Positions 25,242 to 34,269 of a stretch of 64,000 bases of DNA are shown here, piece by piece; position 1 is the first letter of the stretch; every line of letters starts with the position of its first letter. Where the stretch lies: positions 32,001-96,000 of IMG/VR virus record IMGVR_UViG_3300036761_003779, one strand, 5' to 3'. Both the position numbers and the translations under genes were made by a program. The DNA is from a virus. Below the pieces are notes generated by a model. That model was not told where the DNA came from and did not search any database. It saw only the letters and a list, made by a program, of their open reading frames with translations.

Positions 25242-25877
25242 CTACACCGTGACGAGGGTGGCCACGTACTCGACGAGGAGGACGTGACGGTTCGTCTTGT
25301 TGATGATGATGGGGAGCCCCGCCTGGTTCTTCAGCCGGATCCGAGCGAAGCGGTAGGTGTAGGATTCGTAGAGGTAGTCTCCATCCAATCGGAAGTAGAC
25401 GGCCAGGGATCGAATGTCACTCGAGACCCCCTCCGAGGGGAGGAACAGCCACCGCTCCCGGAGGGTGATCTCCTCCCGCCCGTCGGGCGCGCACTGGATC
25501 TGATGCGCCTCAATGTGGTCCTCGATGAACCGCTTCGCACCCGCTCCCGCGGTGTTCGGTTGCGTGGAGGGTCCACCGTAGTACTGCTCCGTCCACTCCG
25601 TGTAGGTTGGCTCCGCGTCCAGGGTGCAGAGGTTGAGGTGCGCGAACGCGGCCGCGGATGAGTTCAACGCAATCTGAGCGTACCCAGCCCCGGACATCAG
25701 GTTGACGAACTGGTAGACGGCGAACCAGTTGAAGATCAGGTTCTCCCCCTCCGCCTTCCGCTCCGTCGGGAGACCCCGGAGGAGGGCGTCCAGCTCCCCC
25801 GCCCGGGCGGCCGCGCGGAAGTCCTCGTCCCGGAGATCCCGCGACGCCTTCAGCTCGAGCTTGAAGTGACCGATCAT
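25242..25877 (-). CDS. Tail/baseplate accessory protein, paralogue of 24586-25230
   Basis: Same motifs as its neighbour; AGGAG RBS. Confidence 0.6.
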   Translation of the reverse strand: MIGHFKLELKASRDLRDEDFRAAARAGELDALLRGLPTERKAEGENLIFNWFAVYQFVNLMSGAGYAQIALNSSAAAFAHLNLCTLDAEPTYTEWTEQYYGGPSTQPNTAGAGAKRFIEDHIEAHQIQCAPDGREEITLRERWLFLPSEGVSSDIRSLAVYFRLDGDYLYESYTYRFARIRLKNQAGLPIIINKTNRHVLLVEYVATLVTV

Positions 25878-25886
25878 GGCGCCCTC

Positions 25887-28205
25887 CTAAGCCACCGGCA
25901 GGTCGCCGGAGACGTTGACCCGGTAGATGATGGTGAGCGCCTCCAGCGGGAGCTTCCGGACGACCTGGGTCAGGCCCGTCTTCTGCTCCTGGGAAGTGGA
26001 GAGCCCGAGCTTGGCGTTGGCCGTCCCGCCGGCCGCCGTCGACACCTTGTCGAGCTGGCTGTTGTAGCCGGCCACCGTGGCCCGGATCCAGAGGAAGCCG
26101 GCCTGGCTCCGGATCGCCTCCAGCCCGTAGCCCCGGAGCTGCTTGTTCAGGGCGTCCGCGACGGTCTGGACGTCGTTGTTTGCGATGCTCCCGGACGTGA
26201 CCAGGCTCCCGAAGCTGAAGGTCCGCCAGACGCCGACCGGCCCGGGCGTCCCCGGCCCCGTCGGGGCGCCGGAGGTCGCCAGCTTGACCGCGTCGTCCAC
26301 CCCCGCCGTGAAGGTGATCGAGGCCAGCTCCTCCATGATGTAGAACTCCGCCACCTCGACCGCCTTGGAGGTCACGAACGCCTGCCCGGACGTGATCTTG
26401 ATCCCCCGGGTCGCGCGCGGTGAGTTGAACCTGAACTCATAGCCCCGCTCCCCGCCGTCGAAGATCTCCGTGGCCTTCCCAGAGCCGGTGAAGTCCACCT
26501 CCGCGCCCACGTCCGTCCAGTGGAGCGGCTGCGCCGGCTCGAGGAGGTTCGGGTCCCCGCCCACCTTGCTCGCATCCAGGAACTGGATCTTGAAGGTATT
26601 GAGGCAGTTGTCCTTAGGCGTCCCGGGCGGGAGGACGATGCGGACCCCGTGGACGTTCTGGTCCGCGGCCCAGATCCGCGCCAGCTCGTGCGGCCCGGTC
26701 ACGTCTACACTCCGCCACTTCCGCTCCCCGAGGTCCACGACCCCGGTGCTCGCCTCCGCCTCCACGTTCCCGTCGAAGGCGCCGTCCCCGGTGCTCACCG
26801 TCACGACCTGCGCCGCGAAGCCGGCGGTCTCGTTGGAGACCGCCTCCAGGACGAGGACGTCCCAGGAGGTCAGGACGGTGACGATCCGCTTCGCCCCGTT
26901 GTTCCCGGCACCGGAGCCGGAGATGTCCAGCGTTCGCCCCTCGTCCGCGGCGGTGAAGTTCCCGTTCTTCATCCGGACCCGCTTGTCGCTGGCCCAGATC
27001 TGATCCCCGACCGCGGTGGCGACGGACCGCTCCGTCACGTCCTCGTTCGAGGTCTGGTAGTAGCCCGCGCCATGCCCGTCCCCGAGGAGGTCCCCCAGGA
27101 CGTACTTGTAGAGGGAGGTCGACTCGTGGACGTACACCCGGTCGGAGATCCCCTGGAGGAGCGGCGGGAGCCCGATGACGGAGCGGACCCCGACGAGGCT
27201 GTCCGCCTCCCCGTCCCCGCACTGGATCCCGGCGGCCAGGCCGACCGCCTTAATGGGGAGGTTGTCGATGTAGTCGTCCGCGATCTCCAGCGCCGTCCCG
27301 CCGGTCATCCCGGAGACCGTGAGCGTCCCGCCGGTGTGCGTGATGGTCTTCGCCCCGATGGCGCCGCCCGTGTCGTGGGCGAGGGAGACGATCCCGGAGC
27401 CGCCGTTCGAGGCGGTGATGAAGAGCGTCGTAGCCAGGAGGGAGTTGACGACCGCGATGGTCAGGTCCCGCATCTGGTCCGCGGTCTCCGTCCCGGCGAA
27501 GCGGATGGGGACGTGGTTCGCCGGGTCCCCGTCCCACTCCGCCACGGAGGCGTCCGAGTCAAACTCGAACGTGAGCGCGTCGTTGATCCCGTCCGGGAGC
27601 GTGAACGTCGAGCCGTTCAGCCCGCCCGTCGAGCCGGCCGGGACGGTCACGGAGCCCGTGGCGTAGGTGGGCGTGTTGGCCTGCGCGAAGAAGACGTACT
27701 CAATCTCGCGGTAGGGTGCAGTTGTAGGGTACGCGATGGAGTTCCGCTTCATCCCCGGCCCGGTCGTGTCCGAGATCAGGATGGCGCGAACGCCCTTCCC
27801 CGGGAGCGCCGGGTTGACCGGGACCCGCGCATCGTACGCCCCGTCGCTCTCCGCCCACTTCACGCGGGCGTCCCCCGCCTTTGGCGGGATCGCCTCCGGG
27901 TGGTCCGCCGCCATGAAGAAGGCCGGGAACGGGTTGGTCGTCTGAGAGATGACGATGTCCGTGGGCACGTAGGGTCCGCCCGGGTGCCCAATGAGGGCGC
28001 GGTGCATGAAGGCGGAGAGCCCACGCTTCGTGATCTTGTTCTTGCTCCGGAGGTCCTGGAGCGGGTCAACCCGCGGCGACCACTCCCCGTCCGCCCCGTG
28101 GAGGAGAAGGTCCTCCAGCTGCAGCGGCCGCCCAGCGGCGTCAATGCCGCGCTGCCTGATGAACCGGAACGAACCGGAGATCCCAGCGAAGCCCTTGCCC
28201 TTCAT
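25887..28205 (-). CDS. Multidomain baseplate/fibre accessory protein with a discoidin-like segment
   Basis: Beta-rich; NTFKIQF...W...EFRFNSPRATRGIKIT...EVAEF resembles an F5/8-type domain. Start chosen at ATG 28205 after GGAGG (track start GTG 28217). Confidence 0.55.
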   Translation of the reverse strand: MKGKGFAGISGSFRFIRQRGIDAAGRPLQLEDLLLHGADGEWSPRVDPLQDLRSKNKITKRGLSAFMHRALIGHPGGPYVPTDIVISQTTNPFPAFFMAADHPEAIPPKAGDARVKWAESDGAYDARVPVNPALPGKGVRAILISDTTGPGMKRNSIAYPTTAPYREIEYVFFAQANTPTYATGSVTVPAGSTGGLNGSTFTLPDGINDALTFEFDSDASVAEWDGDPANHVPIRFAGTETADQMRDLTIAVVNSLLATTLFITASNGGSGIVSLAHDTGGAIGAKTITHTGGTLTVSGMTGGTALEIADDYIDNLPIKAVGLAAGIQCGDGEADSLVGVRSVIGLPPLLQGISDRVYVHESTSLYKYVLGDLLGDGHGAGYYQTSNEDVTERSVATAVGDQIWASDKRVRMKNGNFTAADEGRTLDISGSGAGNNGAKRIVTVLTSWDVLVLEAVSNETAGFAAQVVTVSTGDGAFDGNVEAEASTGVVDLGERKWRSVDVTGPHELARIWAADQNVHGVRIVLPPGTPKDNCLNTFKIQFLDASKVGGDPNLLEPAQPLHWTDVGAEVDFTGSGKATEIFDGGERGYEFRFNSPRATRGIKITSGQAFVTSKAVEVAEFYIMEELASITFTAGVDDAVKLATSGAPTGPGTPGPVGVWRTFSFGSLVTSGSIANNDVQTVADALNKQLRGYGLEAIRSQAGFLWIRATVAGYNSQLDKVSTAAGGTANAKLGLSTSQEQKTGLTQVVRKLPLEALTIIYRVNVSGDLPVA

Positions 28206-28272
28206 CTCTTCCTCCACGCGGACCAGCGGGTCCGCATCTGGCCCACCGCGGCGCGTCCGCGGGGAGCGGTTG

Positions 28273-30723
28273 TTAGGTCGTCGGCGGGACGATGGAGACC
28301 GTCAGGGACCCGCTATCCAGGAAGGGCAGCTCGTCCTCCGACATCTCCACGTCCGCGGCCGGGTCCGTCACGTCCACGTCGAACACGTTCCCGGGGGAGA
28401 TCTGGAAGATCTCGGACTCGATCCGGGAGAGCGGGACTCGACCCCCGAACCGCCACACGAACTGCGCGCCGTCCGAGGTCTTGGCGGTGGGGGAGAGGAG
28501 CGTGGCCAGAGTCGTCTTTACCAGAGACTCCGTGAGCGCCGCATTTGCCTCGATAACCACGGTGATCCCGAGGAGGCGCGGCGTGAAGTTGATGACCGTG
28601 ACCTCCGTGTTGGCCTGACCGACCCCGGTCACCCCGGTGATCGGGTTCCCGTTGAAGTATTCCTCCAGCTCGTCCTTGACGGAGGAGGAGATGGCCACGC
28701 CGTTCGTCCCCACCACGATGAGCTTGATGGTCTTCGGCCCGAAGCCCTCCTCGACCGCCTTGGCGCGCACGACCGGCCGCGTCCCGGCGGAGGAGGTGAA
28801 GGCCAGGGCCAGGGTCTCGTAGTCCTCCGGCGCGACCGCCCGGTTCCCCGTCCGGAGGGAGGCCGGACCCTCCTCCTTCACGAGCGCCAGGGACTCCTCG
28901 GAGGCGCCGTCCGCCTCCCGCCACCCGGAGGCCGGGCGCGGGTTCGTGACGGACTTGACCCAGGAGGAGCCGTCCGAGTTCACGATGATGGTGTCCGCCC
29001 CCACGTTCCCCTCGTCCGTCGCGTTGGAGCGGTACTCGAACCGGATGTTATCCGTCCCGAGCGGCGGGACCTTCCCGTGCGTCCCGTCCCCGAACCGGAC
29101 CGTGAGGACTCCCTGCGCGTTCTGGTCGACGACGAAGTGCCGGTCCTTCGGGCCGGAGGTGACGAGGGAGTCCCCGTCCACGGTCAGGTTGCTCCACTCG
29201 ATCTCCCCGCCGCCCTCGTCCACGAAGACCGCCACCGTGTCCCGGAGGCCCGGGGAGGTGGCTAGGACGAACTCCTGCCCCGGGTTCCCGTCGGAGGAGA
29301 CCAGGGGCTCGCTCTCGACCGTCTCCCCCTGCACCGCGTCCTGGAGGACGTACTGGCTCCCCCCGTCGATCCGGACCCGGTTCAGGACCGGCTCCGTGGG
29401 GGTGGAGACGGAGATCACGCGGTAGCGGAGGAAGAAGCCCTCCACGCTCTGGACCGCGACCGGCTGCCAGTTCTCCCGGAGGGTCTGCGGGAGCGTGAAG
29501 GTCAGGTCCCCGTCCTCCGTCAGGTCCGTCGTCCCGTCGTCCTGTTCCGGGAGCGGGTTCCAGTCCGTCCCCACGGAGTAGTCCTCCGGGTCCACGGAGG
29601 GCGTCCCGGACTGCCCCAGGAAGCCGCTCGACTCGACCAGGTTCTTCCCGCCGGAGAAGTAGGACTTGACCACCTCGTACACGCCCGTCGGGAGGTACGT
29701 CATCCGGATCAGCGCGCCGCTCCGGTCCGGGGTCCCGAGGAGGGAGGTGAGCTCGAACTGGAAGGAGGCGCCGATGTTCACGACGTCGTCCGGGGTCTCG
29801 TCCGAGAGGTCCGGGTCGTAGTATTCCCAGACGCCCGTGATCCCGGCGCCCACCGTCTGGAGGGTCACCCCGAGCTGGTCCCACATCGCGTACAGGGAGC
29901 CGAAGTACAGTTTGTCCCCCGCCTCGACGCTCGCCCAGGGCGTCCAGTAGGGCGCGCCGGAGGTGTTCACGTCCGAGGCGTGGTTTGAGGAGAAGGCCCG
30001 GATGGTCCAGGTGAGGTTGGTCTCCAGGATGAAGAGCGGGTCCTCCCCGCCCAGCGTGGCCGCCAGCCGGACGCGGGAGAGCGCCCCGGTCTGGAGGACC
30101 GCCGCGATGATGAAGGTCCCGTAGTTGCCCAGGGAGGAGTTCCCCAGCTCGACCTCCTTCCCGATATCCGCGGTGGAGACCGCCATCGAGGCGGACTCGA
30201 ACGCGGTCGGGTCCCCGAAGACGGTGACGCCGTCCGTCCCGCCCCGGTCCTTCTCCAGGGCGAAGGCCGCGTCGAGGACGTTCGACGGCCCGACGTACAG
30301 CTCGTCGATGACCTCGAACGGGACTGGTTCGGACTCCTCCGTCCGCTCCGTCTCGAAGAGCGCCGCCGCCTCGAGGACCTGGACCGAGGTGGACGGGACC
30401 TGCGCCAGCTCGATCAGCAGCTCCGCCACGCCCGAGCTGTAGTCCCGCATCTGGAAGTCGATGAGCTTCAGGAGGAGCCGCGCAGAGTCCGCCAGTTTGC
30501 ACGTGGGGAGGAGGTTCTCACAGGCCGCCAGGTCGAGGAGGACGTTGTTCAGGTGTCCGACGAGCGCGAAGGCCCGCTCGAGCTGGATGAAGGGCTCCTC
30601 CGCTACCTCGGAGGAGACCTCCGGCGCGTTCACCCGGTTGAAGATCCGGAGTCGCCGGAGGATCTCTGCATAATAAAACCCCGAAAACTGGAAGTCAGGG
30701 ACGATGATCTTGGTGGTACTCAC
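28273..30723 (-). CDS. Baseplate J-like wedge protein
   Basis: SDGNPGQEFVL, VRFGDGTHGKVP, GNVGADTI, NP.PASG..GA.EE, RAVAPEDYETLA. Confidence 0.9.
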   Translation of the reverse strand: MSTTKIIVPDFQFSGFYYAEILRRLRIFNRVNAPEVSSEVAEEPFIQLERAFALVGHLNNVLLDLAACENLLPTCKLADSARLLLKLIDFQMRDYSSGVAELLIELAQVPSTSVQVLEAAALFETERTEESEPVPFEVIDELYVGPSNVLDAAFALEKDRGGTDGVTVFGDPTAFESASMAVSTADIGKEVELGNSSLGNYGTFIIAAVLQTGALSRVRLAATLGGEDPLFILETNLTWTIRAFSSNHASDVNTSGAPYWTPWASVEAGDKLYFGSLYAMWDQLGVTLQTVGAGITGVWEYYDPDLSDETPDDVVNIGASFQFELTSLLGTPDRSGALIRMTYLPTGVYEVVKSYFSGGKNLVESSGFLGQSGTPSVDPEDYSVGTDWNPLPEQDDGTTDLTEDGDLTFTLPQTLRENWQPVAVQSVEGFFLRYRVISVSTPTEPVLNRVRIDGGSQYVLQDAVQGETVESEPLVSSDGNPGQEFVLATSPGLRDTVAVFVDEGGGEIEWSNLTVDGDSLVTSGPKDRHFVVDQNAQGVLTVRFGDGTHGKVPPLGTDNIRFEYRSNATDEGNVGADTIIVNSDGSSWVKSVTNPRPASGWREADGASEESLALVKEEGPASLRTGNRAVAPEDYETLALAFTSSAGTRPVVRAKAVEEGFGPKTIKLIVVGTNGVAISSSVKDELEEYFNGNPITGVTGVGQANTEVTVINFTPRLLGITVVIEANAALTESLVKTTLATLLSPTAKTSDGAQFVWRFGGRVPLSRIESEIFQISPGNVFDVDVTDPAADVEMSEDELPFLDSGSLTVSIVPPTT

Positions 30724-31157
30724 GCTTCACCTCCCATGGCCCCGGAGTAGTTGACCCGCGGGGAACTCTGGAGGGCGTCTTTCAGGTTGCTCTCGACCTC
30801 CCCCTCCCGGTCCGCCTCCAGGTCGACGTACTTGACGCGGGCGATCAGCTCCTCCCCGGCGTTCTCCATCACGAGCCCATCCTCCGGCGCCAGGCGGGCG
30901 ATCTCCGCCTCCCGGAGCCGGGCGAAGAAGCGGGTGACCTCTCGGCGCGCGCGGACCATGACGGAGGCCGCGTTGACGGAGAAGACGATCTGCTCGGAGA
31001 TGCCGACCTCGACGCCCCCGCCGGTCTGGAACGGGTTGCGGGAGTAGTTGGGCGTCAGCCCCACCCGGATGCACTGCTCCGTGTAGGGCGTCCCCTGGAT
31101 CAGCTGGGCGCCCCCGCGCTTGTTGGTCCGGACCGGCACCGCGAATCCTTTGGCCAT
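30720..31157 (-). CDS. Baseplate gp25/GPW-like sheath initiator
   Basis: Size, N-terminal GFAVP motif, position between spike and J. Confidence 0.6.
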   Translation of the reverse strand: MAKGFAVPVRTNKRGGAQLIQGTPYTEQCIRVGLTPNYSRNPFQTGGGVEVGISEQIVFSVNAASVMVRARREVTRFFARLREAEIARLAPEDGLVMENAGEELIARVKYVDLEADREGEVESNLKDALQSSPRVNYSGAMGGEA

Positions 31158-31165
31158 GCTCCTTC

Positions 31166-31915
31166 TTACTCCGTCTTACATTTGGTGGACAACCAAGTGT
31201 TCTTGGCCGCCTTGAAGGCGTTCACCGCGGAGAGGTACGTCCCCGCCGCCGTGGTCGCAGCCGTGACCCCGGAGGACTGCGCCTGCCAGGCCGCCTGCAG
31301 CGCCTCGAAGGCCACCTTGAGCGGTACCAGCGGCCCGGTGCAGGCGGACGCCAGCGCCGTGTACTGCGTCACGTTCGCGTCCGCGCAGGTCTGGCACGTC
31401 CCGAGGTACGTCTGGAGGGCGGTCACCCAGGCCGCCTCCGCGGTCAGGTACGTCTCGAGCTGCATGTTGAAGGTGTCCCCGCGCATCAGCGGGTGAGAGG
31501 CGTCCTCCTCCCCGAGCCGCGTCTTGGCGGAGATGAGGGCCAGGATCCCCTTCTTCCGATCGAAGAGGAGGACCAGCTCCCCCACCTTCATGCCGCCGCG
31601 CTCCGTCGGGTCCGAGGCGAACTCCGTCGGGATGGCGTCCTTGTCCGTGTACTGCGCGCCGGTCCACCGCGCGGAGGTCTCCCCCGCGGACCGCTCCCGC
31701 CCGGACTCGACCTCTACCTCGACGAGGGAGCCCACCTTCGGGACCATATAGAAGCCCTCCCCCTTGCCGGCAAACGGCCAGGAGGCCGGGATCCAGGTCT
31801 CGTCGTCCCCCAGGTTCTGACCCTCCAGCACCGCGTCGACCTGGACCTGGAGGCGCCCGAGCTTCTTGGGGTCCTCATTCTTGAGGACCTTCCCAAAGTG
31901 CTTCTCCGGGATCAT
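31166..31915 (-). CDS. Baseplate spike, gp5/gpV-like OB fold
   Basis: GKVLKNEDPKKLGRLQVQV...W...G.GFYMVPKVGSLVEVE; ATG 31915 overlaps the hub stop. Confidence 0.85.
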   Translation of the reverse strand: MIPEKHFGKVLKNEDPKKLGRLQVQVDAVLEGQNLGDDETWIPASWPFAGKGEGFYMVPKVGSLVEVEVESGRERSAGETSARWTGAQYTDKDAIPTEFASDPTERGGMKVGELVLLFDRKKGILALISAKTRLGEEDASHPLMRGDTFNMQLETYLTAEAAWVTALQTYLGTCQTCADANVTQYTALASACTGPLVPLKVAFEALQAAWQAQSSGVTAATTAAGTYLSAVNAFKAAKNTWLSTKCKTE

Positions 31916-33114
31916 GCGTCCGCCTCCTCCTGCTTGGCCCCGGAGATGTTCCGCGGCGTCCCGACGACGGACTTCAGGGCTACCTTGTTGGCGGAGAACT
32001 CCGTCTCGTAGAGCGCCCCCTCCCCCATCTTCTGGGTCACCGCCGTCATCTGCCAGTCCCCGGAGAACCGCGGGCCAAGCCCCTTCAGCTCGTGGACGTG
32101 CCCCAGGCGGACGTCCGGGGAGCCGAGGATGGCCCCGCGCCCGAAGACGAAGTCGTTCTGACGCCGCTCGAACCACGCCTGGGCCCACCGCTTGCAGTCC
32201 GCCGCGGAGGTGAAGCGGCGGTCCATGACGACCTCCTCCCGCTGACCGAAGACGGTCAGGACCACGGAGGGTCCGTTGGGGATCCCCTTCCTGAGCTTCT
32301 CCTTCCCGGTGGCCGCCGCGAAGCGGGTCTTCTCCGCGTCCTTCTTCTTGACCTCCACGGCGATCCGGTGGAATTTGCGGGTCTTGGGGTCCAGGTACTG
32401 GACCTCGAGCTTCGTGGTCTGGGAGGGTAGGCTCATCTTGGGGTCGAAGTCGAGGAGCGTCGCGTCCGGCTCCCCGGTCCCGTAGATGAATTTGTGCTTC
32501 GTTGGCTGGTCCTCCACGTCCGGCGGCCCCCAGTACCCCACGTGCGTCCCCTTCTCCGGGTCCCAGCGGACCCAGCAGACGAAGGAGTGGTACGAGGCCA
32601 GGTCCTGGAGGAACTGCCACCGGGTCGTCCCCTTCTTCCGGACCCGGGTCACCGTCGGCTTGGTCTGGAAGACGAAGGGCGCGAAGCCCTCCTCCTTGAA
32701 GATCTTGGAGACGACGTCGGAGTCCCGCACCTTCCGGTAGACCTTCCCCTTGTCCTTGGCCCCGGTGTCCATCAGGAGCCGGGAGGCGTCGTGCGCCACG
32801 ATCGTCAGCCGCGGCATCCCGGAGCGCGGGAAGGAGGGGTCCGGCTTCACGATCGTCCCCCGGTTCATGAAATGCAAGGCTTTCCCGGCGTACCCCATCC
32901 AGAGGTCCAGGGTGTTCCCCTCCGCGAAGACCCGCTCGTCGAGGAAGACGAAGTTGGGGTTCATGACCTGGAGGGTGATCTTCGAGGCGGAGTTCTGCTC
33001 CTCGTGGTACTCGACGGAGGAGATGAACTGGGTGATGTCCTCCTTGAGCTTTGTACCCTCCACTACAATCAGGTAGCGGGGAGCCAGCATCGCGCCAAGC
33101 GTGTCCAGGGCCAT
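31912..33114 (-). CDS. Baseplate hub (late control D / gp27-like)
   Basis: LWMGYAG; TRWQFLQDLA; GSPDVRLGHVHELKGLGPRFSGDWQMTAVTQ. Confidence 0.85.
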   Translation of the reverse strand: MALDTLGAMLAPRYLIVVEGTKLKEDITQFISSVEYHEEQNSASKITLQVMNPNFVFLDERVFAEGNTLDLWMGYAGKALHFMNRGTIVKPDPSFPRSGMPRLTIVAHDASRLLMDTGAKDKGKVYRKVRDSDVVSKIFKEEGFAPFVFQTKPTVTRVRKKGTTRWQFLQDLASYHSFVCWVRWDPEKGTHVGYWGPPDVEDQPTKHKFIYGTGEPDATLLDFDPKMSLPSQTTKLEVQYLDPKTRKFHRIAVEVKKKDAEKTRFAAATGKEKLRKGIPNGPSVVLTVFGQREEVVMDRRFTSAADCKRWAQAWFERRQNDFVFGRGAILGSPDVRLGHVHELKGLGPRFSGDWQMTAVTQKMGEGALYETEFSANKVALKSVVGTPRNISGAKQEEADA

Positions 33115-33444
33115 CTAGGCGCCCTCCCCGCCCCCGTTGGGGCTCCCGGGTCCCGGAGGCCCGGCCGGGGTCGTAGCGCCCGGCGTTGGGGCGCTGGCTG
33201 CGCCTGGCGAGGGTCCGGGCACCACGTCCTCGTCCGCCCAGACCACCTTCGTCTTCCCGCGGTGCCCGTGGACCCGCCGGACGTGCTCGATCCCGCCCGG
33301 CCAGTAGTGGACGCAGGGGGAGTCCCCGAGCCAGCGGACGGAGACGTCCCCGCCGCTCCAGAGGACGCCCTCCGCCACGATCCCGGTCCCGGAGGTCCCA
33401 GTCTCGTCCTCGATCCGGACCAGGTAGAAGACCCGCGCTGCCAT
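33115..33444 (-). CDS. Hypothetical phage protein
   Basis: FYLVRIEDETGTSGTGIVAEGV motif; tiles exactly between its neighbours. Confidence 0.6.
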   Translation of the reverse strand: MAARVFYLVRIEDETGTSGTGIVAEGVLWSGGDVSVRWLGDSPCVHYWPGGIEHVRRVHGHRGKTKVVWADEDVVPGPSPGAASAPTPGATTPAGPPGPGSPNGGGEGA

Positions 33445-33447
33445 GGC

Positions 33448-34269
33448 TTACAGGAACTCCCCGCCGGCGGTGTCCGAGAACACCGTGACGTAGCGGTCCC
33501 GGCCCCGGCGGTCGAAGAGCGCGCGCCGGACCTCCTCCGCCTTCTCGTAGCCGGACCCGCTCCGGAAGGCGTGGAACTCCGGCTGGACCGGGAGGGTCAG
33601 GAGGTGCTCCTCCGGGTAGACGTGAACCGGGTCCCGCGGCCGGAGGTCCGCCAGGAGCATCCCGGGCGTCCGCGGGTTCAGCTGCCGGAGGAGGACGCCC
33701 AGGAGCGGGTTCCCGTACTCGTCCTGGGCCAGCGCCTCGTAGGTGTCCCCGCGCTTGGCCCGCCGGATCCGCGTGAACTTCTCCGGGACGGAGGGGTCCG
33801 TGACCTTCCACTGGACCTCCTCGTACCGCATCAGCGTGATGGAGAGCGTGGCCCCGCGGAAGGTGCCGTCGTCCCGGATCTCGTCGTAGGTCACCCCGCC
33901 GATGCTCTTGACGAGGCAGTCCATCTGGAGGGTCTCGAGCCCGCCCCAGGCGAAGCAGCAGACCGGCGGCCGCTTCAGGTCCGAGTTCCGGCGGACCAGG
34001 TTCTCGAGCCGGAGGAGCCGCTCCTCCACCGAGTCCGTGGAGTCCGTCGCCCAGAGCTTGGCCTGGAAGCTGATCTCCTCCAGCTCCCCGGAGATCCACT
34101 GCAGGATGGGGTAGTCGCGGTTCACGGACTTCCCGACCGCGATGTCCGCGGCGACCGTCTTGGAGACGGACTGCGGGATGAACTGGCCGACGATGTCCTC
34201 CTTCCGGTCGAGGTCCACGATCAGCCAGAGCTTCTTGCTGGGCCCGGAGGCCCCGATACCGGCGCTCAT
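33448..34269 (-). CDS. Tail tube initiator (gpU/CIS-tube-like plus LysM-like domain)
   Basis: QFIPQSVS...LQWISG...RPPVCCFAWG; KRGDTYEALAQDEYGNP...N LysM-like; follows the tape measure gene. Confidence 0.8.
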   Translation of the reverse strand: MSAGIGASGPSKKLWLIVDLDRKEDIVGQFIPQSVSKTVAADIAVGKSVNRDYPILQWISGELEEISFQAKLWATDSTDSVEERLLRLENLVRRNSDLKRPPVCCFAWGGLETLQMDCLVKSIGGVTYDEIRDDGTFRGATLSITLMRYEEVQWKVTDPSVPEKFTRIRRAKRGDTYEALAQDEYGNPLLGVLLRQLNPRTPGMLLADLRPRDPVHVYPEEHLLTLPVQPEFHAFRSGSGYEKAEEVRRALFDRRGRDRYVTVFSDTAGGEFL

